Assembly: GCA_010015805.1 (NCBI GenBank)
Contig: ML978136.1
Location: 62,001 to 126,000, forward strand
DNA length: 64,000 nt
Reading direction: 5' to 3'
DNA from: Rhizodiscina lignyota
Taxonomy: Eukaryota
Part shown: positions 23,887 to 36,323 of the stretch, in pieces
Layout: every line of letters begins with the position of its first letter
Numbering within the stretch: the first letter of the stretch is position 1
Notes under the pieces: generated by a model
What the model was told of the DNA's origin: nothing
What the model saw: only the letters and a program-made list of their open reading frames with translations
The model's database searches: none
Translations under genes and position numbers: made by a program

Positions 23887-24214
23887 TCAGCCCTTCTTGC
23901 CCTTTTTATCCGTCCCCTTCGCAGCCTTCTTCCCACCGCCCAGCATCTCCAGATGTCCCGCCTTCTGCGCTAGACTACGTTCCGTCATCGCCGTGAGACC
24001 AGACGTGTGCTTCTTCACCAGCTTCTGCTTTTGAATGAGGGACGCTTTCTTCGGCTTGATGACGCGAGCACCGCGTTTTGATGCAGGATTCGTGGATCTA
24101 CGGAGAGTGGATTGTCAGAGGCTCGCTCGAGAAGCTCCAGAGTGCGGGATACGGAGTATCAGATGCTCACTTCTTCGAGGGCTTCGAGGGTTTCTTGATC
24201 TGCCCTTGTGCCAT
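23887..24214 (-). CDS. Small Lys-rich UPF0390/DUF2462-like protein (84 aa)
   Basis: Exon 24214-24171, intron (GTGAGC..CTGAC..TAG), exon 24097-23887: [32 protein letters not shown]...[20 protein letters not shown]...KKG*. Confidence 0.85.
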
Positions 24215-25271
24215 CGTCACAGCTATAAAACAGTCTGCGAAGAAGTTTAATGTTGAGACGTTGGACTTTTGCCTCTGCGGAAAGAAAATTATGTGGGGTG
24301 AAGATGCGTCGATTAACCTTACCTAGCTTGGTAGGTAGGATACCGCGAAATCACGATAGCCTTATCCAATGACTCGCGCTGGATTCCCTATCACCAACGA
24401 AAGTGGGCCAGAGCTTTCTCTTTAATGGTGACTTGAGAGCCATGGGCTCTCAAGTCATCATGTATATTTGAAGCTTTCAATACTATTTTGTTTGCTGTTT
24501 TATGCTGTACTCTATTTTGGCACAGCTAACTTTGCGCGTCACCAATGAGCGTTCCCAAACCGTCTATCTTTCCGGATTCAGCGCGTTATCCACAGCCAAT
24601 TCGTCTAAATAATTTTCTAACCAATCATCTCACTCCAAGTTTGAAGTCGCCAAATCTTCTGAGGCTCAGTCACTTCCTGTGCTCTCGTGCCGGAAGGAAT
24701 CGAAGTCATTGATTGACTCGTCTCGGCGGGACATGGCGTTGAGACTGTATCTGTCCCTGCCACCACCGTGTCAGTGTGCCACGACTCAGCCCGTCGGCGC
24801 CCCATTGCAATGTCCGATTGACTTCCAAATTGGCAAATCCTATGAGAGCCATAAGAGGGAAGCAGCGCCCCCTGACAGGATAATAAGTATGCTCTTTCTC
24901 TTCGCTTTCTGATTGTTGAGTGCGGCTGTTGTTTCGCACATGTTCGCCGCTGTCCCGGTACCGATTCCTTTTTGCGCTTCGACAGCCAAGCCAATAATGC
25001 GACTCCATATTCCATTATGAACTCAACGTCTATCTCGACTGCTGGACCTCTCAAAGGCACCATGTCACGCAATTGCTTTCAACTGTTTTATCTAAGGGCT
25101 ATGGCCCTATGGCCCTCACGGACACTTGGAGAGGAAGAGTTTCCTCCACCACGACCACCCTGAGCAACTCGCCGTCCAATCACGTGCTCTTTCCGATTGT
25201 TATTGAACATTCTCTCATCTATGAGACGCGAATCTCGCTCATAGTGGAAACAATTCGGACATTACTGAGAC

Positions 25272-27474
25272 ATGTATTCTCTCCGCAACAGCAATATCCA
25301 TAACGAGCCACCCTCCCATTCCACCGTCAGTATGCCATTCGATTCGAAAGGAAGCATCGCCACAGACATCCAGGATATCCCAGAAGAAACAATTCACTCA
25401 GTGGATGATACCGATAATCAAGACGAGGCATACCCAGAACCGACAGAAGAGGAGAGGATTACGCTGCGAAAGGTACCTGCAAAGATACCGTTGATCGCAT
25501 ACTCACTCTGCCTTGCAGAGTTCGCGGAACGCGCATCGTATTATGGCATCTCTGGCGTGAGCAACAACTTCATGCAGTTTCCTTTACCAAAAGGTGGTAA
25601 TGGAGCCGGTGCACCTCCCAGAGGAACAGAGCTCACCGCCGGCGCCCTGGGGCGCGGCCTGCAATTTTCAAGCAGCTTCAAGTTGTTCTTCTCGCTCCTT
25701 GGCTGCCTAATTCCCTTGTTTGTGGCGTGGGTTGCAGACGCCAAAATTGGACGATATAAGGCCATCGTTGTGGGTGTTGCGATCTGCCTCGTGTCCCATG
25801 TCGTTATCGTGGTAGGTGCTTTGCCGAGTGTTTTACAAAAGGGTACGGGAACGGCGCCGTATATGATCGGCCGAGTATTACTTTCCGTTAGCTGCGGTGA
25901 GTTGTTGCTTGACCGACAGTGGTTGCCGCCCTTGTTGACAGACACTAGGGCTACTCAAACCAACTCTGCTGCCAACGTTCCTTGACCAGTACAGACATCA
26001 GCGAGAGTACACGGAGATGAGGGAAGCACGCAGCTGCCAAAGAAGAAGCCCAGCTGATGTAGGAATACATTATGCGAATAGAGAGATGACACAGGAGAAA
26101 GTTCTGGTAGATCCCGAGACCACGATTCAGCGAATGGCCCTCGATTTCAGCTGGTTCGTCAATCTGGGCGCCTTCTTCTCCATCGCAACGGCTGTGAGTA
26201 GTCTTCAGACTCTAATCTTAGCCTGTAATTCGACTAACCGTGCTGCAGTATGCGGAGAAGTTTGTCGGGTGGTGGCTCGCCTTCCTCTTGCCGCTGATCG
26301 TAAATATCTTCATGCCCATAGTGATGGCCGTTACCTACAAGCAGACTTACCGTGCTCCTCCGAAGGGAGAAGAAGTCACCGGCGTCTTTCGTATCCTCTC
26401 CCTTGCAATCAGGCGGAACCGCGGCAGGCTGTGGAAGTCCGACGCTTGGGAAGAGGTGAAGCCGTCTACTCTAAAGCGAGAGGGCATTACCGCCATCGGA
26501 GGCAAGCCCATCATTTGGTCTGAGCAGCTGGTTGAGGATGTCCGCAGAGCGATGACAGCCTGTAGCATGTTTCTCTTCTTGCCGCTATACTTCATCAACA
26601 TCAGCGGTGTTGGCTCCATTGCTACGTCGCAAGGCTCGACACTAACAAAGAAGCATGCGCCGAACGACTTACTCTACAACGTCAATCCACTGACTATTCT
26701 AGTCTTCGTGCCATTCTTGACTTATGTTGTATATCCAGCGCTGCGGAAGTACGGCATCGAGTTCAAGCGCGTCAACAGGATGGTCCTTGGCTTCGTTCTC
26801 TGCGCGTTCAGCGGAGCAGTGGGAGCAATCCTGCAGTGGCACGTCTATAGGACAAGTCCTTGTCTGAAGTTTGCAACGGGTTGCGAGGTAGAGCCTCACG
26901 TCAGTCCGCTCAGTGTATGGGTACAGGTGCCTATGTATGCCCTCAGTGCTGCGGGGGAGCCTTTGTAAGTTGCCTCCGATGCCGCTGTTACTCTATGCCG
27001 CGAAAGTTGGTGAACTGAATGGATAGTGTGCTGAACACCAGCTACGAGATTGCGTACGCCAGGGCACCACCGAACATGAAGACCTTCGTGCTGGCCGCAT
27101 TCTACTTTATGCACGCCGTTTGTAACCTTCTCGGATTGGCTCTAATGCCTCTCTCGAAAGACCCATATCTCGTGTGGTTGTGGGCTGGGCCGGCGATAGC
27201 CCTTCTCTTACAGACGGGTTTCTTCTGGTGGATGTACAACTCTGTCAACGATGACGAGTTTATGGTTTCAAACAGAGACGACTACATCGACGATCGTGAA
27301 GCCGACATTGAGTTAAGCAAGTGTGTCGCCGACATAGGAGATGGGTCGAAGCGAACCGAAGGATACGACGACCAAAGGCCCAAAGACAACTCAGGGGAAC
27401 CTGAGGAAGCCGGATGCGGCGGAGTCATTAGGAGATCCCAACTGCAGAGGAACTTGAATCTGCAGCCTCAATAA
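25272..27474 (+). CDS. ptr2: POT/PTR2 family di/tripeptide transporter
   Basis: ExxERxxYY motif (AEFAERASYYG), ADAKIGRYK, NLGAF, YEIAYARAPPNMK. Introns ~25897-25948, 26194-26248, 26965-27025. Start could be 25331. Confidence 0.92.
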
Positions 27475-30400
27475 ACGAAACGACCTATCCAAATCATCTT
27501 CCGTCGAGGCAGACGAATCGCACCAGACCACGCGGCCGCATTTGTGGCGAGAGAAAGTTCTCGATGAACGGAAGGAGTATGCCAAGACCAAAGGAGGCGT
27601 TGATGTCTTCAAAGGGGGGATTTTGAGTGATGATGTGAGAGCCTCTCTATTTTGGCCCACGCAGACACACGAGGTTTGTTGACGTCCTGTTGCCTGTCCG
27701 CAGTCACTAATGCCAGGAACCTTAGCCAGTTCCAAATAAGCCTATTTGCTCGGAAGTAACTCTCGCCCGCCTGACTGGCCTTCGAGGTGCCTGTGAGAAT
27801 AGCCCCCGAAATGAACGAGCTGGGACCAGGCTGGTGATTGAATTATTACGTACAATCTGAATCCACCTCGTGCTCCAAGACTTTTAGGACAATGGCATCT
27901 TGCAGGAAGCTGGATCCTCTATTTCCAGTCCCGTGGGATTTGGAATATCCTCCTATTCGAGACTTCCTGAAGGAGTTCAGAGTCAAGTTTTGACGATCAT
28001 GGTCCATGCCAAATGGCAAACCTAGTCATCAACAACATCTGATATTGACGGACCCATGTCCACGGAATCCAAATCCAGCATATTCCAATCATACTCGAAA
28101 CGATTCCTGCGATCAATTCCTGTTGTTGAGATAGATTCTCGTAACTCCTTCCGCAGCGGGTGTATGCCTCGCATTCTCTCTGTCAGCTGACTTCGTTCCT
28201 GAGGAAAAAGGTAGCGGCTCGCGGCACGCCGGAATCACTGCCCGTGCGGAAGGGAGAAATTTGCAAGCTGCTGTCGCAATGTCACCATATCCAGCATCCA
28301 GCACGCTCAGGGGCATCTCATTGAGATCGTGTCATTATTGACTGCATCGAAAGCCGCACCGCAGCTACAGGCTATAGTTGTCATGGATACCATCAGCCGC
28401 ACCCGGCATCCCCAGATTTTGACGAGTCAGTACGAGTCAGTATGAGATTCATCAGGTTGAGATCTCCACGATACTTCCGGGCCAAAAAAGTGATCGGCAT
28501 TCCAATATTGTTCTCTAACAGAAACTCTAAATGGAGCAAAATCTCGCGATGTTCTCTCAGAGGAAGTGGACCTGCCATGTCAGACTCAGCCCAAGGCTGG
28601 GCAAAGGTGGGCCGGTGAGCGCTCAAGCCTCAACATCACTTTATGCTTCCTTGGGACCTTGGAAAGGCGAAAATCAATCTGTTCTCAGCGTGGCTCAAGA
28701 TGGAATTAGGTGTGCAGTCAGTGTAAATACGGCACCATACACGGAGCAAGCCGGCGCACCCTACTGGAAACTGAGTGTTGGACCTGGGCAAGATGTCGGC
28801 AAGCCGAGACGGCTGAGCGACAAGCTGGACGATGTCTGGCCGATGAGCGAGCCACCTCACGTGCAGTGGGTCCTCGAAATAGCAGATTTGGCAGACGCGC
28901 ATTCACAAGTAGGCTGATGCTTGCGAATTCTGCGGGGAAGCAGCCACTAGGAGAGATCTTGATGCGAATCTGACCAGTAAGTTCGTCCGTGCTGGGCCCA
29001 GGACCAATTTTGGATCGGTCGCTTATGCAAGCCCATGTAGGTCGTGCAGATCACGCAAGTATGTGTGGCGAGGCAACCATGATGAGGATCCAGTATGGTA
29101 TTTGCGTTTATCCGTATTTCTAAGCGGTTATGCGTTCTGAGACAGTTTCTTCGCTGGTTCTCTAAGTCGACCGCTGGACGTTGATGTCCGTGTAACTAAC
29201 TTACTCACAGTGCGTCAAATGAGACACGTCAACGAGCCGCGCTATACCTAGAACGGTTAGCCCAGCCTTTCCGGCCATGATCCAGCTTCACTAGAACAAG
29301 AAGAAAAGAGCTTCGATTGAAGGAGAAAGGTACGAGGACGGGAGAGGCGTCTATCATCTCGACTGAAATGAAATCTGGGGCAGCTCGCGAGTGTGGTTTT
29401 TGATACAGCTTTACAGCATATTGACGGAAGTATTGAACCTCGTCAGATCCTCGCAATCTGACTGCATGAAGAGCAGCGCTGCAGGCTTGAACCTTTCTGC
29501 GCTTTCGTAATTTGGACAATGTTCATGGGTCCATCAGCACCCAAAATATTAATTCTGGTCCTAATATTTCCAGCCCGGTATGCAACGGAAGTATTCTTGG
29601 GGCCGATGTGGCTTTTACACGTCGACGGGCAGAGCTTTCATCGTCACCCAGTGTTGCTACTTTTGCTCGAAACGCGAACGATTCCGAATTAGCTGGTAGG
29701 GGCGCTGAAGTGCTTGATGCTCGCCATGGAGAGGTGCCGCGTCGCGCCTAGACCCGAAGCGTGACTGTGTCAGCTGAAAATCACGTATGCGCTGGGAAAT
29801 TAATCGCTGAGAAGAAATATCGGTATTCGAGATTTTGAGGCACCCTGACCTGGCTCCATCACACCGTCTGCCTACCTTTTTGGATGCTGCTCTATTTGCG
29901 AAACAACGCCTTGTTGGCCGGATGGGGACGGTCGAGCGACAGCGGAAAAGGCGGGCAGCGTGAATGCTCATTGGCCGAGGAAGAGTACGCTCTGCTGAAT
30001 GTTCGCAGGTCTGGACAGTGAGTAACCTGAAACATAGCTCCTCCAGCGGTTCGAAATGCGGAGGCGAGCTGGCCAGCTGCTATGCGTGGACGTGGTGGCT
30101 GTGGCGTGAAGCGGCTCTGTTTGGCCCGAATTTTTGGCAGCGCAGCACGTGAGCCAAGGCTCGCTAAGAATACCCTACTCGCTCCCGCCGCTAGGGCGTC
30201 GGAGTCATCCGCGTGGCCAGCATCATCGCACCTCACCCTCCTGCAACTCTCGCCCTCTCTCCTTCACTCCACTCCGCCTCGCCTCGAAAAGCAGCTCTCT
30301 CGCTGCCGACTAAGCAGAACTGCTTTTGCTCCACAGCACGCCTGGGAATCAGCCCTAATGCCGTCAGAATCTAATTTTCGATCTTTCCCAAAGCGTGTAG

Positions 30401-30561
30401 GAAAGCGCAGCACGACCGCCCTCTGACAATTCTTTCACCTCAGCGAGGCTGGAGCCACACCCCTCTGACAAACGTCAAACATGGGTCGTGGTACGTACCT
30501 TTCCATCAACACCTTCGTCCCGAGCACAATTTTAGCATCGCAGGCAACACGCCTCCAAAGG

Positions 30562-30568
30562 TATATAA
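30562..30568 (+). promoter_or_regulatory. TATA box of the repeat-protein gene
   Basis: TATATAA ~180 bp upstream of ATG, followed by a CT-rich tract and CATCAAAATG start context. Confidence 0.6.
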
Positions 30569-30740
30569 TACTCCAACTCTCCTCCCCTCAGTCTCTCTCT
30601 CCATCAGCCAACAAAACAATCAAAACACATCAGCTTTCCTAGCTCTTAATCTTTCATATCTCTTTTTTCCTTACTCTCATTATTTCATTAGTCGTAAATC
30701 TTAATCCCTCGCTCAACCCCAACCAACTCCAACCATCAAA

Positions 30741-32578
30741 ATGCAGTTGACCAGCTCTCTCATCGCGGCGTTGTTCGCCTCCGGCAGCATCGTCGCCGCA
30801 GCACCAGCTCCCCGCCCGAATGCCAACTCGGTCGGCTCCTACTCCCACGCCAGCTACAAGGACGGCAAGCCGGAGATCTCCCAGTCCGGCTACGTTTACC
30901 ACGACGGCCATTACAAGGGCTACCACTCCGGCTACAAGAACGGCGAGCACTACGGCGAGCACTACGACAAGCGTTCGTTCGGTGACAAGAACGCCAAGTC
31001 GGAGTCCAATGCCAAAACCCGCTTCGGTGATGCTGAGGCCAAGTCCGATGCAGACGCCAACTCCCGCTTCGGCGATGCTGATGCTTCTTCGAAGGCTAAC
31101 GCAAAGACCGAGTTNNNNNNNNNNNNNNNNNNNNNNNNNNNNNNNNNNNNNNNNNNNNNNNNNNNNNNNNNNNNNNNNNNNNNNNNNNNNNNNNNNNNNN
31201 NNNNNNNNNNNNNNNNNNNNNNNNNNNNNNNNNNNNNNNNNNNNNNNNNNNNNNNNNNNNNNNNNNNNNNNNNNNNNNNNNNNNNNNNNNNNNNNNNNNN
31301 NNNNNNNNNNNNNNNNNNNNNNNNNNNNNNNNNNNNNNNNNNNNNNNNNNNNNNNNNNNNNNNNNNNNNNNNNNNNNNNNNNNNNNNNNNNNNNNNNNNN
31401 NNNNNNNNNNNNNNNNNNNNNNNNNNNNNNNNNNNNNNNNNNNNNNNNNNNNNNNNNNNNNNNNNNNNNNNNNNNNNNNNNNNNNNNNNNNNNNNNNNNN
31501 NNNNNNNNNNNNNNNNNNNNNNNNNNNNNNNNNNNNNNNNNNNNNNNNNNNNNNNNNNNNNNNNNNNNNNNNNNNNNNNNNNNNNNNNNNNNNNNNNNNN
31601 NNNNNNNNNNNNNNNNNNNNNNNNNNNNNNNNNNNNNNNNNNNNNNNNNNNNNNNNNNNNNNNNNNNNNNNNNNNNNNNNNNNNNNNNNNNNNNNNNNNN
31701 NNNNNNNNNNNNNNNNNNNNNNNNNNNNNNNNNNNNNNNNNNNNNNNNNNNNNNNNNNNNNNNNNNNNNNNNNNNNNNNNNNNNNNNNNNNNNNNNNNNN
31801 NNNNNNNNNNNNNNNNNNNNNNNNNNNNNNNNNNNNNNNNNNNNNNNNNNNNNNNNNNNNNNNNNNNNNNNNNNNNNNNNNNNNNNNNNNNNNNNNNNNN
31901 NNNNNNNNNNNNNNNNNNNNNNNNNNNNNNNNNNNNNNNNNNNNNNNNNNNNNNNNNNNNNNNNNNNNNNNNNNNNNNNNNNNNNNNNNNNNNNNNNNNN
32001 NNNNNNNNNNNNNNNNNNNNNNNNNNNNNNNNNNNNNNNNNNNNNNNNNNNNNNNNNNNNNNNNNNNNNNNNNNGCAGATGCCAACAACCGTGGCTTTGG
32101 CGATGCCGATGCTTCGTCTAAGGCTAATGCAAAGACCGAATTCGGCGATGCTACTGCTGTTTCCACTGCCGATGCAAACTCCCGATTCGGTGATGCTTCT
32201 GCTTCTTCGGAGGCTAACGCGTCTAGCCAGTTCGGTGACGCGACTGCTATCTCAAGTGCCACTGCTGACAAGCGCGGCTACCGCTACTCCTATGGCCGCA
32301 AGTCCCGCTTCGGTGACAAGAACGCCAACTCTGAGTCCAATGCCAACACTCGCTTCGGTGACGCTACCGCCATCTCCAACGCCGACGCGAAAAACAGCGG
32401 CTTCGGTGATGCTTCTGCTTCTTCCAAAGCCAATGCGCACACCGAATTCGGTGACGCTACTGCCGTGTCCACAGCCGATGCAAACTCCAGATTCGGTGAT
32501 GCCTCTGCTTCTTCGGAGGCTCACGCATCTACTGAATTCGGTGATGCCGTTGCTATCTCAAGCGCCACCGCTGAGTAA
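30741..32578 (+). CDS. Secreted Kex2-site-containing repeat protein with FGDA 15-aa repeats (function unknown); spans assembly gap
   Basis: Signal peptide MQLTSSLIAALFASGSIVAAAP; DKR at 30966-30974 and 32267-32275. The post-gap frame starting 32075 (not the frames shown in the ORF track) reads ADANNRG-FGDADASSKANAKTE-FGDATAVSTADANSR...FGDAVAISSATAE*, TAA 32576-32578. Confidence 0.85.
31115..32074. other. Assembly gap (960 N) inside the tandem-repeat CDS
   Basis: Run of n; the same repeat flanks both sides. Confidence 0.99.
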
Positions 32579-33830
32579 ATGTGTTCGCGTTCAATCTGGC
32601 ATTGCTGCACACTTCTCCCGCCCTCTCCTCCATCCTGAAGACTCGACAAAACGAATTCTCCTCGGCTCGTCATGACCAGAGCCGGCATCGCCGACAACCG
32701 ACATATATGGAGGACTCTTAAGCTGGGCGGGTCCTGTTTAATCTTTACGGGAGCGTAAAATCTTTTTCAACTTGCATGGCATGGGTTATTGGGTCGCTTG
32801 ACTGGGTTTTTATATATCTTTTTTTTTTTGGCTGATAATGTTTTTTATACTTTGGGACAGAAAAACGCGACATAGCCGTCTGGCTTCGTAGCCGGGCGGT
32901 TCCGCCACTCATTTAGCTACTCAAATCTACTAGGCTACATAGCCTAGAGTTAGGAATGGCAATTTTGCATAAATATCAATGGGAGCTTTTTATTCTTCTG
33001 ATACTGAAACATGGCGCCTATGGTACTTCTCTTCTCTGAACTGAATCCTTTGGTTGAACTTCCGATATCCGACTTGCTTTGCACTGGTTCCATCCATTCA
33101 GCTTTCTCATCTGAACGCCAGTTTGCCTTTTGGAAATAAGACTTGGCGCCTTCAAATGACAAGATGTCGATATATGTTCTGTTGCATTCGGTCTGAACAA
33201 CGCTAGGTCTCGTCGGCTTCTTCCGTGTCTTATTGGGCTGAACTGTTGGGAGAGTCGCACATTCTGGGAAAGGAGTAAGGAAAGGATACCAGAAGTGAAA
33301 GTGAACAAAATGCTACACAGATTGTTAAATTCTTGTTGTTGTACTAAAGCCTTGAAGGAAGTCAGACAGCTCTCGCTACCCGCCGGTAGTCTTACAAGTT
33401 GGAGAAGGAACACAGATTAAAATGACAGCCTACCCAACCGTACGAGTGCTGGAGAATATACAACCTTGATATCATAAAGGCGGATCCCATCAGAACCATT
33501 CGGGCAAAGCAAACCATAGATCTCGGAATTAATTGAGTGAATTTTGAGAACTAGTTTCGGTACGTCTACAGCAGTATAGCTCGCAAGTAAACCATGAGAT
33601 CTCAGTCGACCAAGTCAAGCGATCAAAGAAAGACATCACGCCGCGCTGTACTGTACAGGAACATCCCTCAGAGAATGACTAAAACGTGCCTTGAACGCCA
33701 TGGTCATGTCGTTAAGAGAAAGCCGTGTCCTGAACGTCTCCAAAATGCAGTTAGGTGATCCACCCAGCCTCAAACGCCAGGAAATCTAAGCAAGAGGATT
33801 TTTCAAAGCTCTTTTTCAAAGCTCCGTGCT

Positions 33831-36323
33831 TCAGTCCTCCTTGCTCTCTTCGGCAAATTTCGCCTGCTCGCCTGCTTCATCTCTCTCTTGTCTCTCTTCC
33901 AGACCCCTTTCCTTCTCGACGGCTGGCTTGCTTTCTACTTCGGCCATCTCGAGGTCCTCGGCAGGGAGGTCCTTCGTATCAGCTGTAGTCTGTGTGCCCG
34001 GCTGATTTGTGTCTGGCTCAACAGGAGGATTCCGCGGATCTGAAGACGTAGCTGCTGGTGCGTTTGGTGAAGCGGGTGGCGTTGTTTCTGCGAGTACGTT
34101 TGACTCCTGTGCGTTGGATGCTTCATTCGGCACTGGTGTTACTGCTTTCTCCTGCACGGCCCCTTCGGTATCAAGGGTAGCATTATCTGCATGAGTGGCC
34201 GGATCAGTAGGCTCCTCTTTGACTTCCTCTGTCTTGGCCGGCCTCTCGTCACTCGCACCGTCCATGTCGATATCGCCATCATCATATTCCATCGTTCTGT
34301 CCGCGTCCGCCGGCTCGTCGTCTTCCTCATCTGCGTCGTCCACATCGACATCGGCGTCCTCAGCATCCGCATCTCCTCCCAGTCCCGGTGCTGGACTGCC
34401 TTCCGTAACCTTGAGCGCCCTCTCCGCCTTCGCGCTGCTAATCGCAGCATTCTCCTCACGACTTCCGCTTGCGTCGCCCATGGTCACGTCAGCATTCACA
34501 TCGCCATTCGCGCTACCCGTAGCACTCCTGCTCCGCATGCCTGGACTCTGTGTCGCCAAGCGGCTTGCCATGCCGCTCTCCGGCTCAAAGTCGGGCACCG
34601 CATTCGGGTTTTGGAAATCCATTATTCCTCGTCTGCGCTTCTGTCCGGGCTGTCTCCTGACCCCGTTCTGCTCGTTCATCTCCTCGTCCTCACTGTCATC
34701 GAACTCGTCGTCTCGCGTGATTTTGGCGTCCCAAGTGCGCTGGGTGTAGCGAACGTCCGGGTTAGCATCAGCGTCCTCGTCATCAGCAGCGTCTTCAGCG
34801 TCCGAGTCAAGGCCATCCATGAGGGAGGTACGGGGCACGTCTTGAGCTTGCACAGATGGTACGGCAGCGGTGAGTTTGAGGTTCTCGATAACTTGGATTT
34901 TGATCTTCTCGAGATAGTCCGGAGAGTTGGCGTTCTCCATGTTAGAGGGGCGTACATTGAGCTCGTAGTCAGGGGCGAAATACTGCGCATGTTGTTAGCA
35001 ACATTAGCTAATATCAGGATATAACGTACCTCGTAATAATCGTTAAAAGGTAATTGTGCGCCCAAATCTTGGGTGACTAGCTGGCCAGTCTCGAATGCCC
35101 ATGTTCTTGCAACATTTCGCATGGTATAGCCACCGCCTCCCAGCACCAGCGTAGGCAGATTGAAACCCTTAACGAAGTTGACGCAATTTGCGTGACCCCT
35201 CATGCTCAAGTTAAAGCATCCAAGGCGATCGCCGCTCAAACTGTCACCACCACATTGCAGAACCACCGCTTCAGGGCGGTAGTAGTCCATGACAGCTTTG
35301 ATAACCGGTTCGAAGATGCCTTTGTATGTCTTATCCGTAATACCATCTCGCAGTGGGAAGTTCACAGCGTAGTTTTTGCCCTCGCCCACACCGATGTCTC
35401 GAAGCTCACCGGTACCAGGGAAGTATTCGCCGTATTTGTGGAATGAGACAGTCATGACGCGATCTGTGGTATAGAAAGCTTCTTCGACGCCGTCGCCGTG
35501 GTGCACATCGATGTCGATGTAGAGGACGCGCTTGTGAAATCTCAGGAGTTCGATGATGCCAAGGACGATGTCTGCGCGCGATATGTCAGCGTTGGGAACG
35601 TAGTATACCAAAGTCTTAGTTCGGACAGGATAGCACTAGACGCACCATTAATGTAGCAAAATCCAGATGCCTCGCTCTTCTTCGCGTGATGCAGTCCTCC
35701 AGCCCAGTTGACTGCGACATCGCATTTACCGCGATTCAAGCGCGCAGCGCCCTCCATGCTACCGCCAGCGCTGATACCACAGAACTCGAAGAGGCCATCA
35801 AATACAGGACAATCGTCTCCCACATTGTATCTCGCTTGCTCCTTAGAGTAGTTGTCCATGTTGTCGGGTGTAACCTTTTGAAGGAAGTCGACGTATTCGT
35901 CGGTGTGGAACTGCGTCATTTCGAATTTCGAGGCTGGTTTCGCGCGCTATCTGCTCGTCAGATTCCCATTCATGCAATAATCATAGCATAATAATATGAA
36001 TATCAGTTCCATTTGAGAATATGAGGTAAGAATCGTGGGCGTTTGTGAGAGCAGACAAGGAGGAGCAATTGCTCACTTGAGAACTTGCTGTCCGATTATT
36101 ATCAGAAAATTGGACATACATATATCTCCATCTTCTTGTAGAGGCCGTAGTTCATAATCAAGCTGTGTGCGACTCGTATTCTGTGAGGCTTCATGGGATG
36201 CCCCGACACATATGCATAGTTGCCAACGTCTGAATCGTAGAAGTATGCGACTTTTCGAGGTTGCGCGCCATTTTGAACAGGCTCATCGATGGGAGGCCCT
36301 ATATCGTTCTTGTCGGTCGCCAT
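33831..36323 (-). CDS. rpd3: Class I histone deacetylase Rpd3/RpdA
   Basis: Exons 36323-36120, 35946-35646, 35571-35030, 34982-33831. [43 protein letters not shown]; acidic C-terminal tail. Confidence 0.97.

Noticed and set aside
27800..28973. 128-aa ORF and neighbouring fragments
   Set aside because: Non-ATG start, no motif, no coherent exon structure.
30820..32675. ORF-track translations across the gap (644, 433 and antisense 391 aa)
   Set aside because: Artifacts of the N run and codon bias; only the frame starting at 32075 continues the FGDA repeat.
27475..33830. Repeat precursor as a dikaritin-type RiPP cluster
   Set aside because: No UstYa/DUF3328 oxidase or tyrosinase recognised nearby, and modules are ~100 aa rather than short cores.
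35947..36119. Intronic C/D snoRNA or microexon in rpd3 intron 1
   Set aside because: No proper RTGATGA box, the terminal CTGA is the branch point, and a microexon would need a ~32-nt upstream intron.
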